From IMG/VR virus record IMGVR_UViG_3300015360_000025: a DNA stretch of 64,000 bases; one strand, 5' to 3'. Shown here piece by piece: positions 34,966-45,609 of this stretch (its first letter is position 1; each line of letters begins with the position of its first letter). A program made the position numbers and the translations under genes. Below the pieces are notes generated by a model. The model was not told the DNA's origin. It worked only from the letters and a program-made list of their open reading frames with translations, and ran no database searches. The DNA is from a virus.

Positions 34966-35755
34966 TCTCTACAACCAGATGGCTGATCGGAAGTTCAAAC
35001 CGAAGGATCTCGAGCCATACGCTGGCGACAACGGTCGAGTGAACAAGGCTTTTGCTCTCTATAAGAGCGGAAAGTTGAAGTCAGGTGGAACGCATGTAGA
35101 CGTCGGAGGAGGGATAGGAGATCTTGGCTTTGCACTCCGTCAGGAGAGGCTCTTCGAGAAGACGCTCACTGTAGATATATCTGCCAAAAATCTACAGGCT
35201 GCCAGTAAGAAGGGAAACTTCGTGATGCTGGCAGACGTGGATAAAAGTGGATTTTCGTCAAACGTGTCTGATCCCGACAACTTCGGTGGTCCACCAGAAT
35301 GGACGAACGACAGCTTTGGGATGAACAGTAACAATCGGATTGATGCGATTTCTGCCCTGGACTTCATCGAACACATCATCGATCCAGGATCTTTCGCATA
35401 TCACTGTGCGTATATGCTCAAATCTGGAGGAGAGGTATTCATCAACACTCCAAACATCCAGTATTGGCGGCACATCGAAAAGTTGATATTCGATGGTCGG
35501 TTTCCTCATACATCTGGAGATCGTGAGGTATACCACGGTGGTCACCTCGCCTTCTTTACGTATCTCGATCTTTGCGAGATCTTCGGTAATGCGGGATTTG
35601 AAAAGTTCGAACAGATCAAGGACGTGGAAGGATACTGCAATCCGTCATCACTTTTCATCGGAAACATTCTGAAACCACAGAATCAACAGCAGTATACAGA
35701 GATGTGCATGAGGATGGGAAACCCAAACTTACTCTTTAAGGCGACCAAGCCTTGA
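34952..35755 (+). CDS. Class I SAM-dependent methyltransferase
   Basis: VDVGGGIG, VDIS, DFIEHIIDP, LKSGG...TPN. Confidence 0.9.
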   Translation: MDKADLYNQMADRKFKPKDLEPYAGDNGRVNKAFALYKSGKLKSGGTHVDVGGGIGDLGFALRQERLFEKTLTVDISAKNLQAASKKGNFVMLADVDKSGFSSNVSDPDNFGGPPEWTNDSFGMNSNNRIDAISALDFIEHIIDPGSFAYHCAYMLKSGGEVFINTPNIQYWRHIEKLIFDGRFPHTSGDREVYHGGHLAFFTYLDLCEIFGNAGFEKFEQIKDVEGYCNPSSLFIGNILKPQNQQQYTEMCMRMGNPNLLFKATKP

Positions 35756-35876
35756 GTTGGCCAAAAGGTAAATCGTGGAATGAGGCTCGTCGAAAAGCTT
35801 TCGTATACCGTCCTCTTGGAAATCACACGGTACAGACAGCTTCGAGACTTCTCTCTTATCTCTCCGAGAGTTCGAA

Positions 35877-36803
35877 ATGAGGATACTCTACGGACGTTGC
35901 TTTGGGATCGGAAATTGTGTGATGGCCGTACCCGCCATCAAGGCTCTCCAGTGGAAGCCAGACACGATCGTAGACATCCTCGTTGGGGACACGTCCGATG
36001 ACGTCGGAGCCATCCAAGTGTTGTCCAAGGTGGTACAAGGTCCTGGGAAACTTTGTGTGAACAGCGCCCTCGAGCATGACTACGACGTGGCTGTGATGGC
36101 CATTCCATTTGATGGTCGCTGGCTCAACGGCGTTCACTTTCGAGCCAAGGAAGTCATGGACGGTCGGACCCGACCAGATCCGAAGACGACTGGACTCGTC
36201 TCGTGGAATGATCACGAGTCTGAGTATCAGATGGAGAACGCTAGAAAGCTCGGTTACCTTGGATCGACCCCGTCGTCTCGTTTCCTCCCGTTCACCGGAG
36301 AGGCACTTCCGAATAGGATCTATATCGGAATGGGATACAAAAAAGATCAGTTGGGTTTCTGGAAGAGCAAACACTGGGGAAACGAGAACTACGCCGCACT
36401 CATCACCGGTCTTCTTAAGAACCTCCCTGAGGACTGGAAGATCGTGACGACAGGCGATGTAGGTGATCTCCAGCTTTCCATCGCCCCAGTGGCTCGGATG
36501 GTGAACGACAAGAGGTTTGAGTTCAAGCTTTCCGCCAATTTAGATGAAGCATTCCGAGTAGTCGCCTCCTGCGGGCTATACGTGGGGAACGACACCGGGA
36601 TGATGCATGTCGCCGCCTCCTGTGGGAGGAACGTCGTCGCAATGTTCTTTCTCGAGAACTCTATCGTGAAGAGTCGACCGCTTCTCTCCAGTCAATCAGA
36701 TCGCCCCCTTCAGGAATGCCTCGTACTTGACGGCACCATAGACCGTGCCAAGATTACTCCACAATACGTGCAGACGGCCGTCGAGGTGACACTCTGTGGT
36801 TGA
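35877..36803 (+). CDS. GT9 (heptosyltransferase-like) glycosyltransferase
   Basis: GIGNCVMAVPAIKAL, KHWG, YVGNDTGMMHVAAS. Confidence 0.88.
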   Translation: MRILYGRCFGIGNCVMAVPAIKALQWKPDTIVDILVGDTSDDVGAIQVLSKVVQGPGKLCVNSALEHDYDVAVMAIPFDGRWLNGVHFRAKEVMDGRTRPDPKTTGLVSWNDHESEYQMENARKLGYLGSTPSSRFLPFTGEALPNRIYIGMGYKKDQLGFWKSKHWGNENYAALITGLLKNLPEDWKIVTTGDVGDLQLSIAPVARMVNDKRFEFKLSANLDEAFRVVASCGLYVGNDTGMMHVAASCGRNVVAMFFLENSIVKSRPLLSSQSDRPLQECLVLDGTIDRAKITPQYVQTAVEVTLCG

Positions 36804-37437
36804 GAAAGAACTGATCAAGGCTTTCAAGTTGATGGCATTAAGAAACGACGTCTTGCAGGACACACACGGGAACCTGTCTGTTTTGGCCAGCGATCAGATC
36901 TACATCAAACCCAGCGGAGTCCCATACGATGAGATCGATATCTGGTCAATCTGCAGGTTCCAGCTTCTCGAGAATGGATCAACGGTCAGCTCCAAGAACA
37001 ATGGATACAAGCCTTCCGTCGATCTGATCCACCATGCTTCTATCTACAAGAACAACCCGCATATCAAGTCCATTTGCCACACACATTCACCGTATGCGGT
37101 CGCCCATGCGATCTGTGGCCTGCCGATTGATTGCCTTTGCACAGAGCACGCTGACTACTTTGGTTGGAGAGTTCCGTGCTTGAGTTACAAAGATCTCGAC
37201 AGTTGGGGATCTGATGTGCGAATACTCGACGGAGCTCGAGCCGTCTTGCTGGAACATCACGGTGCCCTCACGTTCTCAGATGAGCCTGTGAAAGCGGTCA
37301 ATCTTGCGATCCAGTTGGAGAACGTAGCGCGGAAGAATCATCTTGCGATGACTCTCTATCCGAAGCTTCGGATGATGGCATACAATGAATCTCAGAAGTG
37401 GCATGAGAGGTACAATAATGTCTACGGACAACGGTAG
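36796..37437 (+). CDS. Class II aldolase / AraD-like sugar-phosphate epimerase
   Basis: GNLS, IKPSG, KPSVD..H, HTHS, LLEHHG. Confidence 0.9.
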   Translation: MVEKELIKAFKLMALRNDVLQDTHGNLSVLASDQIYIKPSGVPYDEIDIWSICRFQLLENGSTVSSKNNGYKPSVDLIHHASIYKNNPHIKSICHTHSPYAVAHAICGLPIDCLCTEHADYFGWRVPCLSYKDLDSWGSDVRILDGARAVLLEHHGALTFSDEPVKAVNLAIQLENVARKNHLAMTLYPKLRMMAYNESQKWHERYNNVYGQR

Positions 37438-37870
37438 GAAGATTTTAATCTCGTCTGATCACAACGGGAATGCCGCCCGTGCGTACATTATCAAGTTCCT
37501 TAGGGCTGACGGTTACGATGTCCAGGATCTTGGCCCGAACTACGATCAGAAGGTCGATTACCCAGAAATGGCTGCCGACCTTTGCCACGCGCTGGAGAAG
37601 ATTTACGGTGCGCGGGGCATCCTTCTATGCGGTACGGGCACTGGGATGTTGATCGCAGCCAATCGGTTTCCGCATATCCGCGCAGGATTGGCGACTGACC
37701 GAGCGACCGCCGAACTGATGCGCCAACACAACGATTGCAACGTTTTAGTTCTTGGACAGTGGCGCACCCCGTTGGGGCAGATGGACGAACTCATCAGGAC
37801 ATTCTTGACCACGCCGTTTGAAGAAGGTCGTCACATCGATCGGGTCGAATCTCTCGGTAGACTTCCATGA
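37385..37870 (+). CDS. rpiB: Ribose-5-phosphate isomerase B family
   Basis: SDHNG, DYP, CGTGTG, ANR, HNDCNVL, FEEGRH; start probably about 37418. Confidence 0.93.
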   Translation: MNLRSGMRGTIMSTDNGRKILISSDHNGNAARAYIIKFLRADGYDVQDLGPNYDQKVDYPEMAADLCHALEKIYGARGILLCGTGTGMLIAANRFPHIRAGLATDRATAELMRQHNDCNVLVLGQWRTPLGQMDELIRTFLTTPFEEGRHIDRVESLGRLP

Positions 37871-38808
37871 ATGTATTGGTCATCGGGGACGTCGTCATCG
37901 ATCGGTACACACACGGCAATCGTCGGGGGATTTCCGCAGAGACCCCAACGATCGTAGCCAACTTCATCAAGGAAGACGTCTTCGTTGGTGGAGCTGGGTT
38001 GGTTACGCGGAACCTTCTACGTCTGGGAAACACGGTGACCCTCCTCACTGTTGGAAACTGCGAAGAACTCCATCCACTCATGTTGAGGTCAGCCGATCCT
38101 ATTGATAGATTCGAATCCGCAAGATTGAGTGTCATTATGACAAATAAGAACGGGTGGAAGGTTTCCGAAAAACATCGGTACTATGTCGAGCAGTACAAGC
38201 TTCTGCAATACGATCTGATCAATCCTGGAAAGTGGACTCCACATGAAGAGGACCGTTACGCCGAACAAATCATGTACCAACTTGTAGCTTTGAGTTACGA
38301 TGCGGTTGTGATATGCGACAATAGACACGGCGTGATGATCGAACATTTCGCCAGCAAAATCATCGAACGTTGCCATGTCCAGAACAAACCGGTGTACGTA
38401 GACTCCCAGGTCTCTCAGGCAGAATCAAACCATCACTGGTACAAGGGTGCCAGTTTTATCTTCATGAATGAGATAGAAGCCGATTGCGCGGCGAAGAAGA
38501 TTAAGAAACTCAAGAAGGGTGATGCCCAGCTCAACCAGCTGTCGAAGTTTCTCAAGGCAAGCATCGTTTACAAAAGAGGGGAACGTGGGGCCATCACTGT
38601 CTGCCAAGACGGGAAGACGATCGTGTCAGAAGGTTTTGAAGTAAACGCTGTCGATACGTGCGGTGCTGGTGACGCTTTCCTCGCAGCTTTCGTTCATCAC
38701 GGGAACGACCTGGAAGCTGCGAACCGGTGGGCTGCGTTGTCAACTACTTATAAGGGGACCATCGTCCCTAGGACTGAAGACTTGCATCTTCGAAAGGTGA
38801 CGCGATGA
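37867..38808 (+). CDS. PfkB sugar kinase, HldE/RfaE domain I-like
   Basis: IGDVVIDRY, GGAG, DTCGAGDAF. Confidence 0.88.
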   Translation: MNVLVIGDVVIDRYTHGNRRGISAETPTIVANFIKEDVFVGGAGLVTRNLLRLGNTVTLLTVGNCEELHPLMLRSADPIDRFESARLSVIMTNKNGWKVSEKHRYYVEQYKLLQYDLINPGKWTPHEEDRYAEQIMYQLVALSYDAVVICDNRHGVMIEHFASKIIERCHVQNKPVYVDSQVSQAESNHHWYKGASFIFMNEIEADCAAKKIKKLKKGDAQLNQLSKFLKASIVYKRGERGAITVCQDGKTIVSEGFEVNAVDTCGAGDAFLAAFVHHGNDLEAANRWAALSTTYKGTIVPRTEDLHLRKVTR

Positions 38809-39476
38809 AATTGTTACTTGACACGGCAAACATCGATCAGATCCGTCTGTTCATGCAGAGCACTATGCTGGCTGGGGTGACCACCAATCCGTCCCTCATG
38901 GCGAAGGAATCTAAGGGAGATTACGTAGAGAAACTCAAGACGATCGCTGAAGCTGTCCAAAATCAGTTGAGCGCCAGGCACCTAAGCGTTGAGGTGACTA
39001 CACTTGATCCGAATGTGATGATCGTGGAAGCCCAAACTCTCAATGATGCTCTCGGAAGAAATGGAGTTGATGTTCACATCAAGATTCCAGTGATGATGGA
39101 GACCATGAGAGTGATATCCACGCTCAGGCGAAAAGACGTTAAGGTAAATGCCACCGCTTGTATGACCGCATTCCAAGCCAAAATGGCGATGGACGCTGGA
39201 GCAAATATCGTCTCGTTCTTTTATAACAGGATCAAGGATGAAAATGAGAGTCCAGATAGTGTGCTTACGCTCTTCAATCAGATTAGAGTCAATCTAGAAC
39301 AGACGAAGATAATTTGCGGTAGCATAAGAGAACCAGACGATGTTCGGCGCTGTTTTCTTCAGGGAGCTGATTATGTAACCGTCAGCCCAGCCATTCTACA
39401 GAAGATGATCGAGCATCCTCAGACTACCAAAGCTATCGCCCAATTCCAGAAGGATATCGACTCATGGCTCAGTTAA
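38805..39476 (+). CDS. tal: Transaldolase (short TalC/FSA type)
   Basis: LDTAN, GVTTNPSL, IKIP, VNAT, GS.R, T. Confidence 0.9.
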   Translation: MKLLLDTANIDQIRLFMQSTMLAGVTTNPSLMAKESKGDYVEKLKTIAEAVQNQLSARHLSVEVTTLDPNVMIVEAQTLNDALGRNGVDVHIKIPVMMETMRVISTLRRKDVKVNATACMTAFQAKMAMDAGANIVSFFYNRIKDENESPDSVLTLFNQIRVNLEQTKIICGSIREPDDVRRCFLQGADYVTVSPAILQKMIEHPQTTKAIAQFQKDIDSWLS

Positions 39477-39835
39477 CTAAGATTCCAATGGGTGGGCAGT
39501 TTCGTATGCTCCGAGGATGGGGGTATGAAACGTGGATTGAGAATCTCCCAGAGTACTGTGGAAAGATTCTGCATGTCTACAAGGGACTGCGCGGGTCCCT
39601 ACACTTTCATATGAATAAGATGGAAACTATGTACCTCCAGTCTGGAAAGGTTCAGCTTCGTTTTGTAGACCCGGAGAAGGGTACCGACTATACGATCGAC
39701 CTGAATCCTGGTGATTCGATTCTGATACCACGCGGGCAGGTTCATCAGATCATTGGAATTGAAGAGAGTGATCTCTTTGAGTTTAGCACCGTGCATGAAG
39801 AGTCAGACTCTCATCGAGTTCAGAAGGGGGACTGA
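39464..39835 (+). CDS. Cupin sugar(-phosphate) isomerase-like protein
   Basis: WG.E.W, SLHFH..K.ET, H, FEFST.H..SDS.R. Confidence 0.85.
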   Translation: MAQLTKIPMGGQFRMLRGWGYETWIENLPEYCGKILHVYKGLRGSLHFHMNKMETMYLQSGKVQLRFVDPEKGTDYTIDLNPGDSILIPRGQVHQIIGIEESDLFEFSTVHEESDSHRVQKGD

Positions 39836-40722
39836 TGCGTTGGAACATTGTCGGGGCATTCATCCGGAATAATCCCTTTGGGACAGAGATCGCTTTTCGG
39901 AAGGGTCTCGAGAGGATCGGAGAGACTGTGACGGCGGTGGACCCAGGTTACCCCAACCAACAGTTTGATGAAGCTCCAGACGTCACCTTGGTGTTCAAGT
40001 GGGTGGACACGGGACCGTATCGCGATAAAATCGTCTCTCTACCTGGGAAAAAGGTCCTCTACCAGGTTGATGATCTCCGTTTTCCGCACATTAAACAGAT
40101 GATGCTCGAGATGAGATCGGTGTGTAACAATGCGCTGACTTTCGATCAAGATGGAGCAAACCTTGCTCTTGAGTACGGGTACGATTCGGGGCAACGTCTA
40201 TTGTTGACTGCCGATAATCTCCTTTACCGTCATATCACCGGAATGCAGAAGGATATCGATGTTAGTTTTGTTGGAAGTCTGTCGAATGGTCCGAATCATG
40301 CCAGCCGCATGAGGATGATTCAACTTGTTAAGGGAATCCCTGGCCTGCGAGTAGTGATCGCCAGCGAGCTCTTCGACATCGGAAAACTCTGTGAGATCTA
40401 CAATCGTTCCAAGGTTGTCCTGAATCACGCGACAGATGTTGGTCAACCTTTCGGTCATGGGTTTGGGTATCAGTGTCGACACTTCGAAGCCGGGTTCACC
40501 AAGACTTGCATCCTTTCGAACAAGATTGACAACGACGAGACATTGGGATTCATACCGTTCTTTTCGAATGAGTTGGAGCTCGTTGAACGTCTTAAGACAC
40601 TTCTTAACGAACAGAAGCGCAGGGAGTTATATGCACAGTTGACTTACGATCAGCTCTATAAATCACACCTTCCAGAACACCGCGCCAAAGAGATGATCGA
40701 GTTTGTACGGAGTGTCCGGTGA
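39835..40722 (+). CDS. CgeB-like GT-B glycosyltransferase
   Basis: DIDVSFVGS...R, YNRSKVVLNH, RHFE. Confidence 0.75.
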   Translation: MRWNIVGAFIRNNPFGTEIAFRKGLERIGETVTAVDPGYPNQQFDEAPDVTLVFKWVDTGPYRDKIVSLPGKKVLYQVDDLRFPHIKQMMLEMRSVCNNALTFDQDGANLALEYGYDSGQRLLLTADNLLYRHITGMQKDIDVSFVGSLSNGPNHASRMRMIQLVKGIPGLRVVIASELFDIGKLCEIYNRSKVVLNHATDVGQPFGHGFGYQCRHFEAGFTKTCILSNKIDNDETLGFIPFFSNELELVERLKTLLNEQKRRELYAQLTYDQLYKSHLPEHRAKEMIEFVRSVR

Positions 40723-41312
40723 AGATCAATCTTGGGTGCGGGCCCGATTTGAAAGATGGCCACGTGAACGTCGACTTCAGGGATCTTCCAGGAGTGACGA
40801 AAGTAGATCTCTCCATATTTCCGTGGCCATGGGCTGACGATTCCGCTGATCAGATCTTGATGTTGGATTTTCTGGAACACTTCCCGTACAGGAAGACGAC
40901 TACTATCCTTCGTGAGTGTTGGCGTGTCCTGAAGATGGGTGGGAACCTCGAAGTCCAGGTTCCAGACCTCGAACATTGCGCGCGCGCTGCAGCAATGACA
41001 GGACCATTCCTGTGTAACAGGTGTGGATGGCAGTATCCGATGCACGACCTTCGGGCAGACTTCTTCATCTGCAAGCAGTGTAAGCAACCGTGGACAGAGT
41101 GTGCCCAAGCTGCCATCCACCGTTTGTACGGTGGTCAGGACTACGAAGGAAATTGGCATCACACAGCCTTCACGACTCTCCAGCTGAACAGGTTGTTGCA
41201 GGGGCACGGGTTCGAAGACATCCGCGAGCTGGAGCACGAGCACCAGTACAAGAATTGGAATTTCAAGTTTTCTGCCACAAAGATGAAAGACCTGTGGGGT
41301 GATGAACCGTGA
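40719..41312 (+). CDS. Methyltransferase type 11 with Zn-ribbon insert
   Basis: INLGCG, NVD, LEHF, RVLK.GG...VPD; CxxC...CxxC insert. Confidence 0.85.
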   Translation: MKINLGCGPDLKDGHVNVDFRDLPGVTKVDLSIFPWPWADDSADQILMLDFLEHFPYRKTTTILRECWRVLKMGGNLEVQVPDLEHCARAAAMTGPFLCNRCGWQYPMHDLRADFFICKQCKQPWTECAQAAIHRLYGGQDYEGNWHHTAFTTLQLNRLLQGHGFEDIRELEHEHQYKNWNFKFSATKMKDLWGDEP

Positions 41313-42268
41313 ACGACTGGAAAGGAAAGAACGTCCTTGTCACAGGGGCCGCCGGTTTCATCGGTGGCTGCGTAGCTCGTGAGCTTCTTGATCAAGAGGC
41401 TATTGTGACGTGTCTCATCAGGACGAAGGGAAAGAATCCGAATCTCCTGGGGGCGAAGATATTCGAAGGGGATGTGGCGGACTACGCCTTGATGTGTGAG
41501 ATCATCTCTTCGGGAGAAATTGAGTACGTCTTTCATCTGGCGGCAAACGCCATCGTCAGGGTCGGGGCTCGGGATCCGATGAACACATACCGAATCAACG
41601 TGATGGGTACGGTCGCCCTCCTTGAGGCAGTCCGTACGGTTGGCCGATGCAAGAAGGTAGTCGTGGCTTCGAGTGACAAAGCCTACGGTGATCACGATAT
41701 CCTTCCGTACAAGGAGGACATGGCACTCCAACCGAAGAACACGTACGATACTTCCAAGGCTTGCGCAGACATGATCGCGCGCTCGTATGCCCACAACTAC
41801 GATCTTCCGATCGTCGTCACACGTTGCAGCAACGTCTATGGTCCTCGGGATCCTAATATGTCGAGGATCATCCCCAACACGATCAATCGAATTCTGGAAG
41901 GCAAGAAGCCGCAGCTTTATTCGGACGTCAGCGTCATGGAGAGAGAGTTTATCTTCATCGACGACGTGGTCGTTGCCAACTTGGCCCTCGCTCTATCTGG
42001 TCCAGAGACAAACGGGGAGGCATTCAACGTCGGTAGGAACCACGCTCACATGGTTTCGACCGTGGTCGAACAGATCTCCAAGATGATGGGCTTCGAAGAC
42101 GGAGTCGAGATCGTTCCTCGCGAGCCCTCCTTCAAGGAAATCCAGAAGCAGTACATCAGCGCTCGAAAGCTCGAAGAGGCGACCGAATGGAGCGCGCGGG
42201 TCCAACTCATCGACGGTCTGAGGAAGACGATCGACTGGTATAAGGTATTCGGGAGAAGTGACCGATGA
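41309..42268 (+). CDS. NAD-dependent nucleotide-sugar dehydratase/epimerase
   Basis: GAAGFIG, SSDKAYG, YDTSK, RCSNVYGP. Confidence 0.93.
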   Translation: MNDWKGKNVLVTGAAGFIGGCVARELLDQEAIVTCLIRTKGKNPNLLGAKIFEGDVADYALMCEIISSGEIEYVFHLAANAIVRVGARDPMNTYRINVMGTVALLEAVRTVGRCKKVVVASSDKAYGDHDILPYKEDMALQPKNTYDTSKACADMIARSYAHNYDLPIVVTRCSNVYGPRDPNMSRIIPNTINRILEGKKPQLYSDVSVMEREFIFIDDVVVANLALALSGPETNGEAFNVGRNHAHMVSTVVEQISKMMGFEDGVEIVPREPSFKEIQKQYISARKLEEATEWSARVQLIDGLRKTIDWYKVFGRSDR

Positions 42269-43302
42269 GAGTTGCCTTCGTCGGGGTCAAGCGTAAGTAC
42301 CAAGAGTTGGCGCCTGAGTACAAAGACTTCTTCAATCAGTATCATCTGGAGCTTCCGTACTACTACGCTCGACATGGACAGAATCATGTCACGATCACGA
42401 CCGTCGATCATGATTCTCCTCCCATCCGTTTTGCCCGAGATTATTCCGATTTCCTGGAATGCCAGACGGAAGAGAAGTACAAGATCGAAGGTCGTAGATA
42501 CGATGTCGTCGTGCACTGGCGTAAGTGGTTCCCCGAGTTACGTAAAGAAGGTACCATCAATCTTCTCAACTGTCAGGATCACTCGTTCAGTCAAGAATGG
42601 AAAGACAGTGTCCGTCAAGCGATGAACGCTGGTCAGCTGCATGGAATACTCTGTTTTCCGACCTGGCACAAGCAGAATATCCACGAAGAGACTGGCATCC
42701 CGCTCGATAGGCTTTTCGATGGAGTCACCCTGGGAGTAGACACTGAAGTTTATAAACCAGCTCTCGTTAAAGATCCATTCCAGATGCTGTGGGCATCCGA
42801 TCCTGGGCGCGGTCTAACTCAAGCGATGTGTCTCGCTGCCGAACTCTTCCAGAGAGACAAGCGGTTTAGACTTCACGTCTGTGTTCCAGACTACGTCAAG
42901 ATGAACTCTTCTCCTTTCAACCACCCAGCGATCGCCTGGCATGGGTGCGTCCCGAATGGTCCGAAGCTCTGGGAGCTCTTCAACAGTTCCGGGATCCTCC
43001 CGTACACTTCTTGCTTCAAAGAGCCGTCTTCCCGGGCCCATCGGCAGGCCCAGGCGGCAGGGTGCCTGGTTCTCTACCCTCCTGGTATGGGAACACCCTC
43101 CGAACTCATCCAGCATGAACGGACGGGCATCGTGGAGCCAATCGGTCAATGGACGGAACGGATTCGAAACTTTGCCGTCCACAGAGAACGTACTGAGATC
43201 GGACCGCAGGCCCGTGAGTTTGCGATCACGGAAAACTGGGAAGTGCAGGCGCAGAACTTCAATCGTCTCATCGAAAAGATCAAGGGAGAACAAAATGATT
43301 GA
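42265..43302 (+). CDS. GT4-like glycosyltransferase
   Basis: WASDPGRGL, FKEPS...AQAAG. Confidence 0.75.
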   Translation: MRVAFVGVKRKYQELAPEYKDFFNQYHLELPYYYARHGQNHVTITTVDHDSPPIRFARDYSDFLECQTEEKYKIEGRRYDVVVHWRKWFPELRKEGTINLLNCQDHSFSQEWKDSVRQAMNAGQLHGILCFPTWHKQNIHEETGIPLDRLFDGVTLGVDTEVYKPALVKDPFQMLWASDPGRGLTQAMCLAAELFQRDKRFRLHVCVPDYVKMNSSPFNHPAIAWHGCVPNGPKLWELFNSSGILPYTSCFKEPSSRAHRQAQAAGCLVLYPPGMGTPSELIQHERTGIVEPIGQWTERIRNFAVHRERTEIGPQAREFAITENWEVQAQNFNRLIEKIKGEQND

Positions 43303-43931
43303 CATCAACGCGAAATCATATTTATCGTGTGAAGACGCGTTATGCGCTGTACCTTATTCTTGATCCATGTTCTGGTATGCCGCGATACGTTGGAATGACA
43401 ACGCGCGGGTTTCATCGGAGAACGAGTGAACATCTAAAAGCAATTCACGACAAGCGATTTAAGACACATCTTTATTTCTGGCTGAGAGTTCTTCATAGCA
43501 AAGGATTGAAACCTTTCTTCGAACTTGTCCGTTGCTTTGAGGAAAGTACTCGAGGGGAAGAAGCTCTTTGTGACGCAGAGATTGATTTTATTTCTCTTCG
43601 TTCTGCGGGAGCGGACTTAACAAATACTGCTCGTGGTGGAAAGGGTAAATCGAGTAACGGTAGAGTGCCTTGGAATAAAGGAAAGTCGGGTGTGTCAGCA
43701 GAGACAAGTGAAAAGATGCGGTCTGAAAAAGTTGGGAAAGTCTCCCCGCGGAAAGGTGTCATTCTCTCTTCGGAAACAAAAGAAAAATTGAGAGTTTCTC
43801 ATCTCGGAAAAGCTGCTTCACCAGAGACAAAAGAAAAGATGAGTTTGACCCATAGGTTAATTTGGAAAAGGAGAAAAAATGCCAGTAGATATCAACTCGA
43901 CGGACTTCATGCAGACATTCAAACTGGCTGA
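43299..43931 (+). CDS. GIY-YIG homing endonuclease with NUMOD3-like repeats
   Basis: LYLI...RYVG..R..EH...E...LTN..GG; PWNKGK, S.ETKEK repeats. Confidence 0.85.
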   Translation: MTSTRNHIYRVKTRYALYLILDPCSGMPRYVGMTTRGFHRRTSEHLKAIHDKRFKTHLYFWLRVLHSKGLKPFFELVRCFEESTRGEEALCDAEIDFISLRSAGADLTNTARGGKGKSSNGRVPWNKGKSGVSAETSEKMRSEKVGKVSPRKGVILSSETKEKLRVSHLGKAASPETKEKMSLTHRLIWKRRKNASRYQLDGLHADIQTG

Positions 43932-44802
43932 CGCCACTGTCGGGGTGGTCGGTCATGGATTCGTGGGACAGGCGGTCGCAGAATTCTTCAAGGGAACGTG
44001 CGGAAACATCGTCATCAACGACAAGGCGAAACCGGAACTGGCGACCCTGAAGGAGGTCGTGACCCGGTCCGAACTGATCTTCGTCTGCGTCCCGACCCCG
44101 ATGCGGAAGGACGGATCATGCTACACAGGGTTCGTGGAAGAGGTGATCGCGAACATCAAGACCACCGCCCAGGAGATCAAGAGGAATTTCGATTCCTTCG
44201 TGGTCGTGGTCAAGAGCACGGTCTACCCGGGATTCATCGAAGATATGCAGAGCAAGCATCTCCCGATGAGGCTGACCTTCTCTCCCGAGTTCATTACGGA
44301 GAAGAATAGCGTCGAAGACTTCAAGAAAACAAACAGGATCATCGTAGGTGGGGATGAGGACGACGCGATGATTGTCCTGAAATACTTTCACGATGTTGAT
44401 CCAAAAAGGATCGAGGATGGTCGACGCGTCCTTCTTCAGTGCAATCCAACAACGGCCGAGATGGTAAAACTCTATGCCAACGGGATTTTGACCGCGAAGG
44501 TCATTTTCTCGAACGAGGTCTACCAGATCTGTCAGAAGCTTGGAGTTGACTTCGAAGAGGTCAGGGCAATATCAGTCCTGGATACTCGAATCGGAACGGG
44601 GCATACTCTTGTCCCTGGCCCAGACGGCCAACTGGGATACGGTGGTCACTGCTTCCCCAAAGACATCCAGAACCTCAGAGCTACAGCTCGGGTGTGCGAA
44701 GTTCCGGAGAAGCTATTTACCGCGATGATCGATCGCAATGAAGAGCTGAGAGAGAAGAAGGACTGGCTAGATATGAAAGAACGGGCTGTCACGGAGAACT
44801 GA
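43879..44802 (+). CDS. UDP-glucose/GDP-mannose dehydrogenase family (no C-terminal domain)
   Basis: VVGHGFVG, CVPTP, KST, PEF, GGHCFPKD. Confidence 0.92.
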   Translation: MPVDINSTDFMQTFKLADATVGVVGHGFVGQAVAEFFKGTCGNIVINDKAKPELATLKEVVTRSELIFVCVPTPMRKDGSCYTGFVEEVIANIKTTAQEIKRNFDSFVVVVKSTVYPGFIEDMQSKHLPMRLTFSPEFITEKNSVEDFKKTNRIIVGGDEDDAMIVLKYFHDVDPKRIEDGRRVLLQCNPTTAEMVKLYANGILTAKVIFSNEVYQICQKLGVDFEEVRAISVLDTRIGTGHTLVPGPDGQLGYGGHCFPKDIQNLRATARVCEVPEKLFTAMIDRNEELREKKDWLDMKERAVTEN

Positions 44803-45134
44803 TGCCTACGCTTGTCATGGACATGGATGGGACAATCTGCGAGCAGATGCATGGCGATGGGTATTTTATCGCCAGACCCATTCAATTCGTGATCGATAAA
44901 ATGAGATCATACAAACTCAAGGGATGGGATATTGTAATCCACACCGCCCGTGGCATGGGACGTTATGATGGAAACATCGCTCGCATCGAGTTTGAGTTTC
45001 GTTACAAGACGGAGAAGTGGTTACGAGATCACGGCGTCCCATATGATAAGCTGATCTTCGGGAAGCCTGCCGGAGACATCTACGTGGATGACAAGGGGAT
45101 AGTACCTGATGACTTTGCGACCAGAGACGCTTGA
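44802..45134 (+). CDS. HAD-family phosphatase (capsule-biosynthesis EcbF-like)
   Basis: DMDGT, TAR, GKP..D.YVDDK. Confidence 0.88.
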   Translation: MPTLVMDMDGTICEQMHGDGYFIARPIQFVIDKMRSYKLKGWDIVIHTARGMGRYDGNIARIEFEFRYKTEKWLRDHGVPYDKLIFGKPAGDIYVDDKGIVPDDFATRDA

Positions 45135-45609
45135 AAGTGAATCCTACAAAGAGCTTTGCGAATCGATTCGTGCTGAGGGTCGCAAGAAATATGGTTCCCA
45201 GGGGTACTCTCGAGTGGTCTTCGCTAATGGCGTCTTTGATCTTCTTCATTTGGGTCACCTTTCTCTCCTGAACGAGTGTCGAATCTTGGCTGGTCCAAAT
45301 GGCGCCGTTGTCGTCGGAGTGAATTCTGATGCGTCTGTGAAGAGGATCAAAGGTCCCAACAGACCCATCCTGGACGAGGTCACCCGGTGTTCCACTTTGA
45401 TCTTCATGAAGCCGGTGGATCACGTCTTGACATTCGATGAAGACACCCCACTCGAACTGGTGGAAGTTCTCCGTCCTGACGTTATCGTCAAGGGATCTGA
45501 ATACAGAAACAAGAAGGTCGTCGGTTCACACTTGGCTGTCGTGACGTACGTCGATAGTAAGGAAGGCATCTCGACGACCCAGCTGATCGAGAGGATCCGC
45601 AATGGATGA
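45109..45609 (+). CDS. Nucleotidyltransferase, HldE/RfaE domain II-like
   Basis: NGVFDLLHLGH, VGVNSD.SVKRIKG..RP, KGSEY, STT. Confidence 0.93.
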   Translation: MTLRPETLESESYKELCESIRAEGRKKYGSQGYSRVVFANGVFDLLHLGHLSLLNECRILAGPNGAVVVGVNSDASVKRIKGPNRPILDEVTRCSTLIFMKPVDHVLTFDEDTPLELVEVLRPDVIVKGSEYRNKKVVGSHLAVVTYVDSKEGISTTQLIERIRNG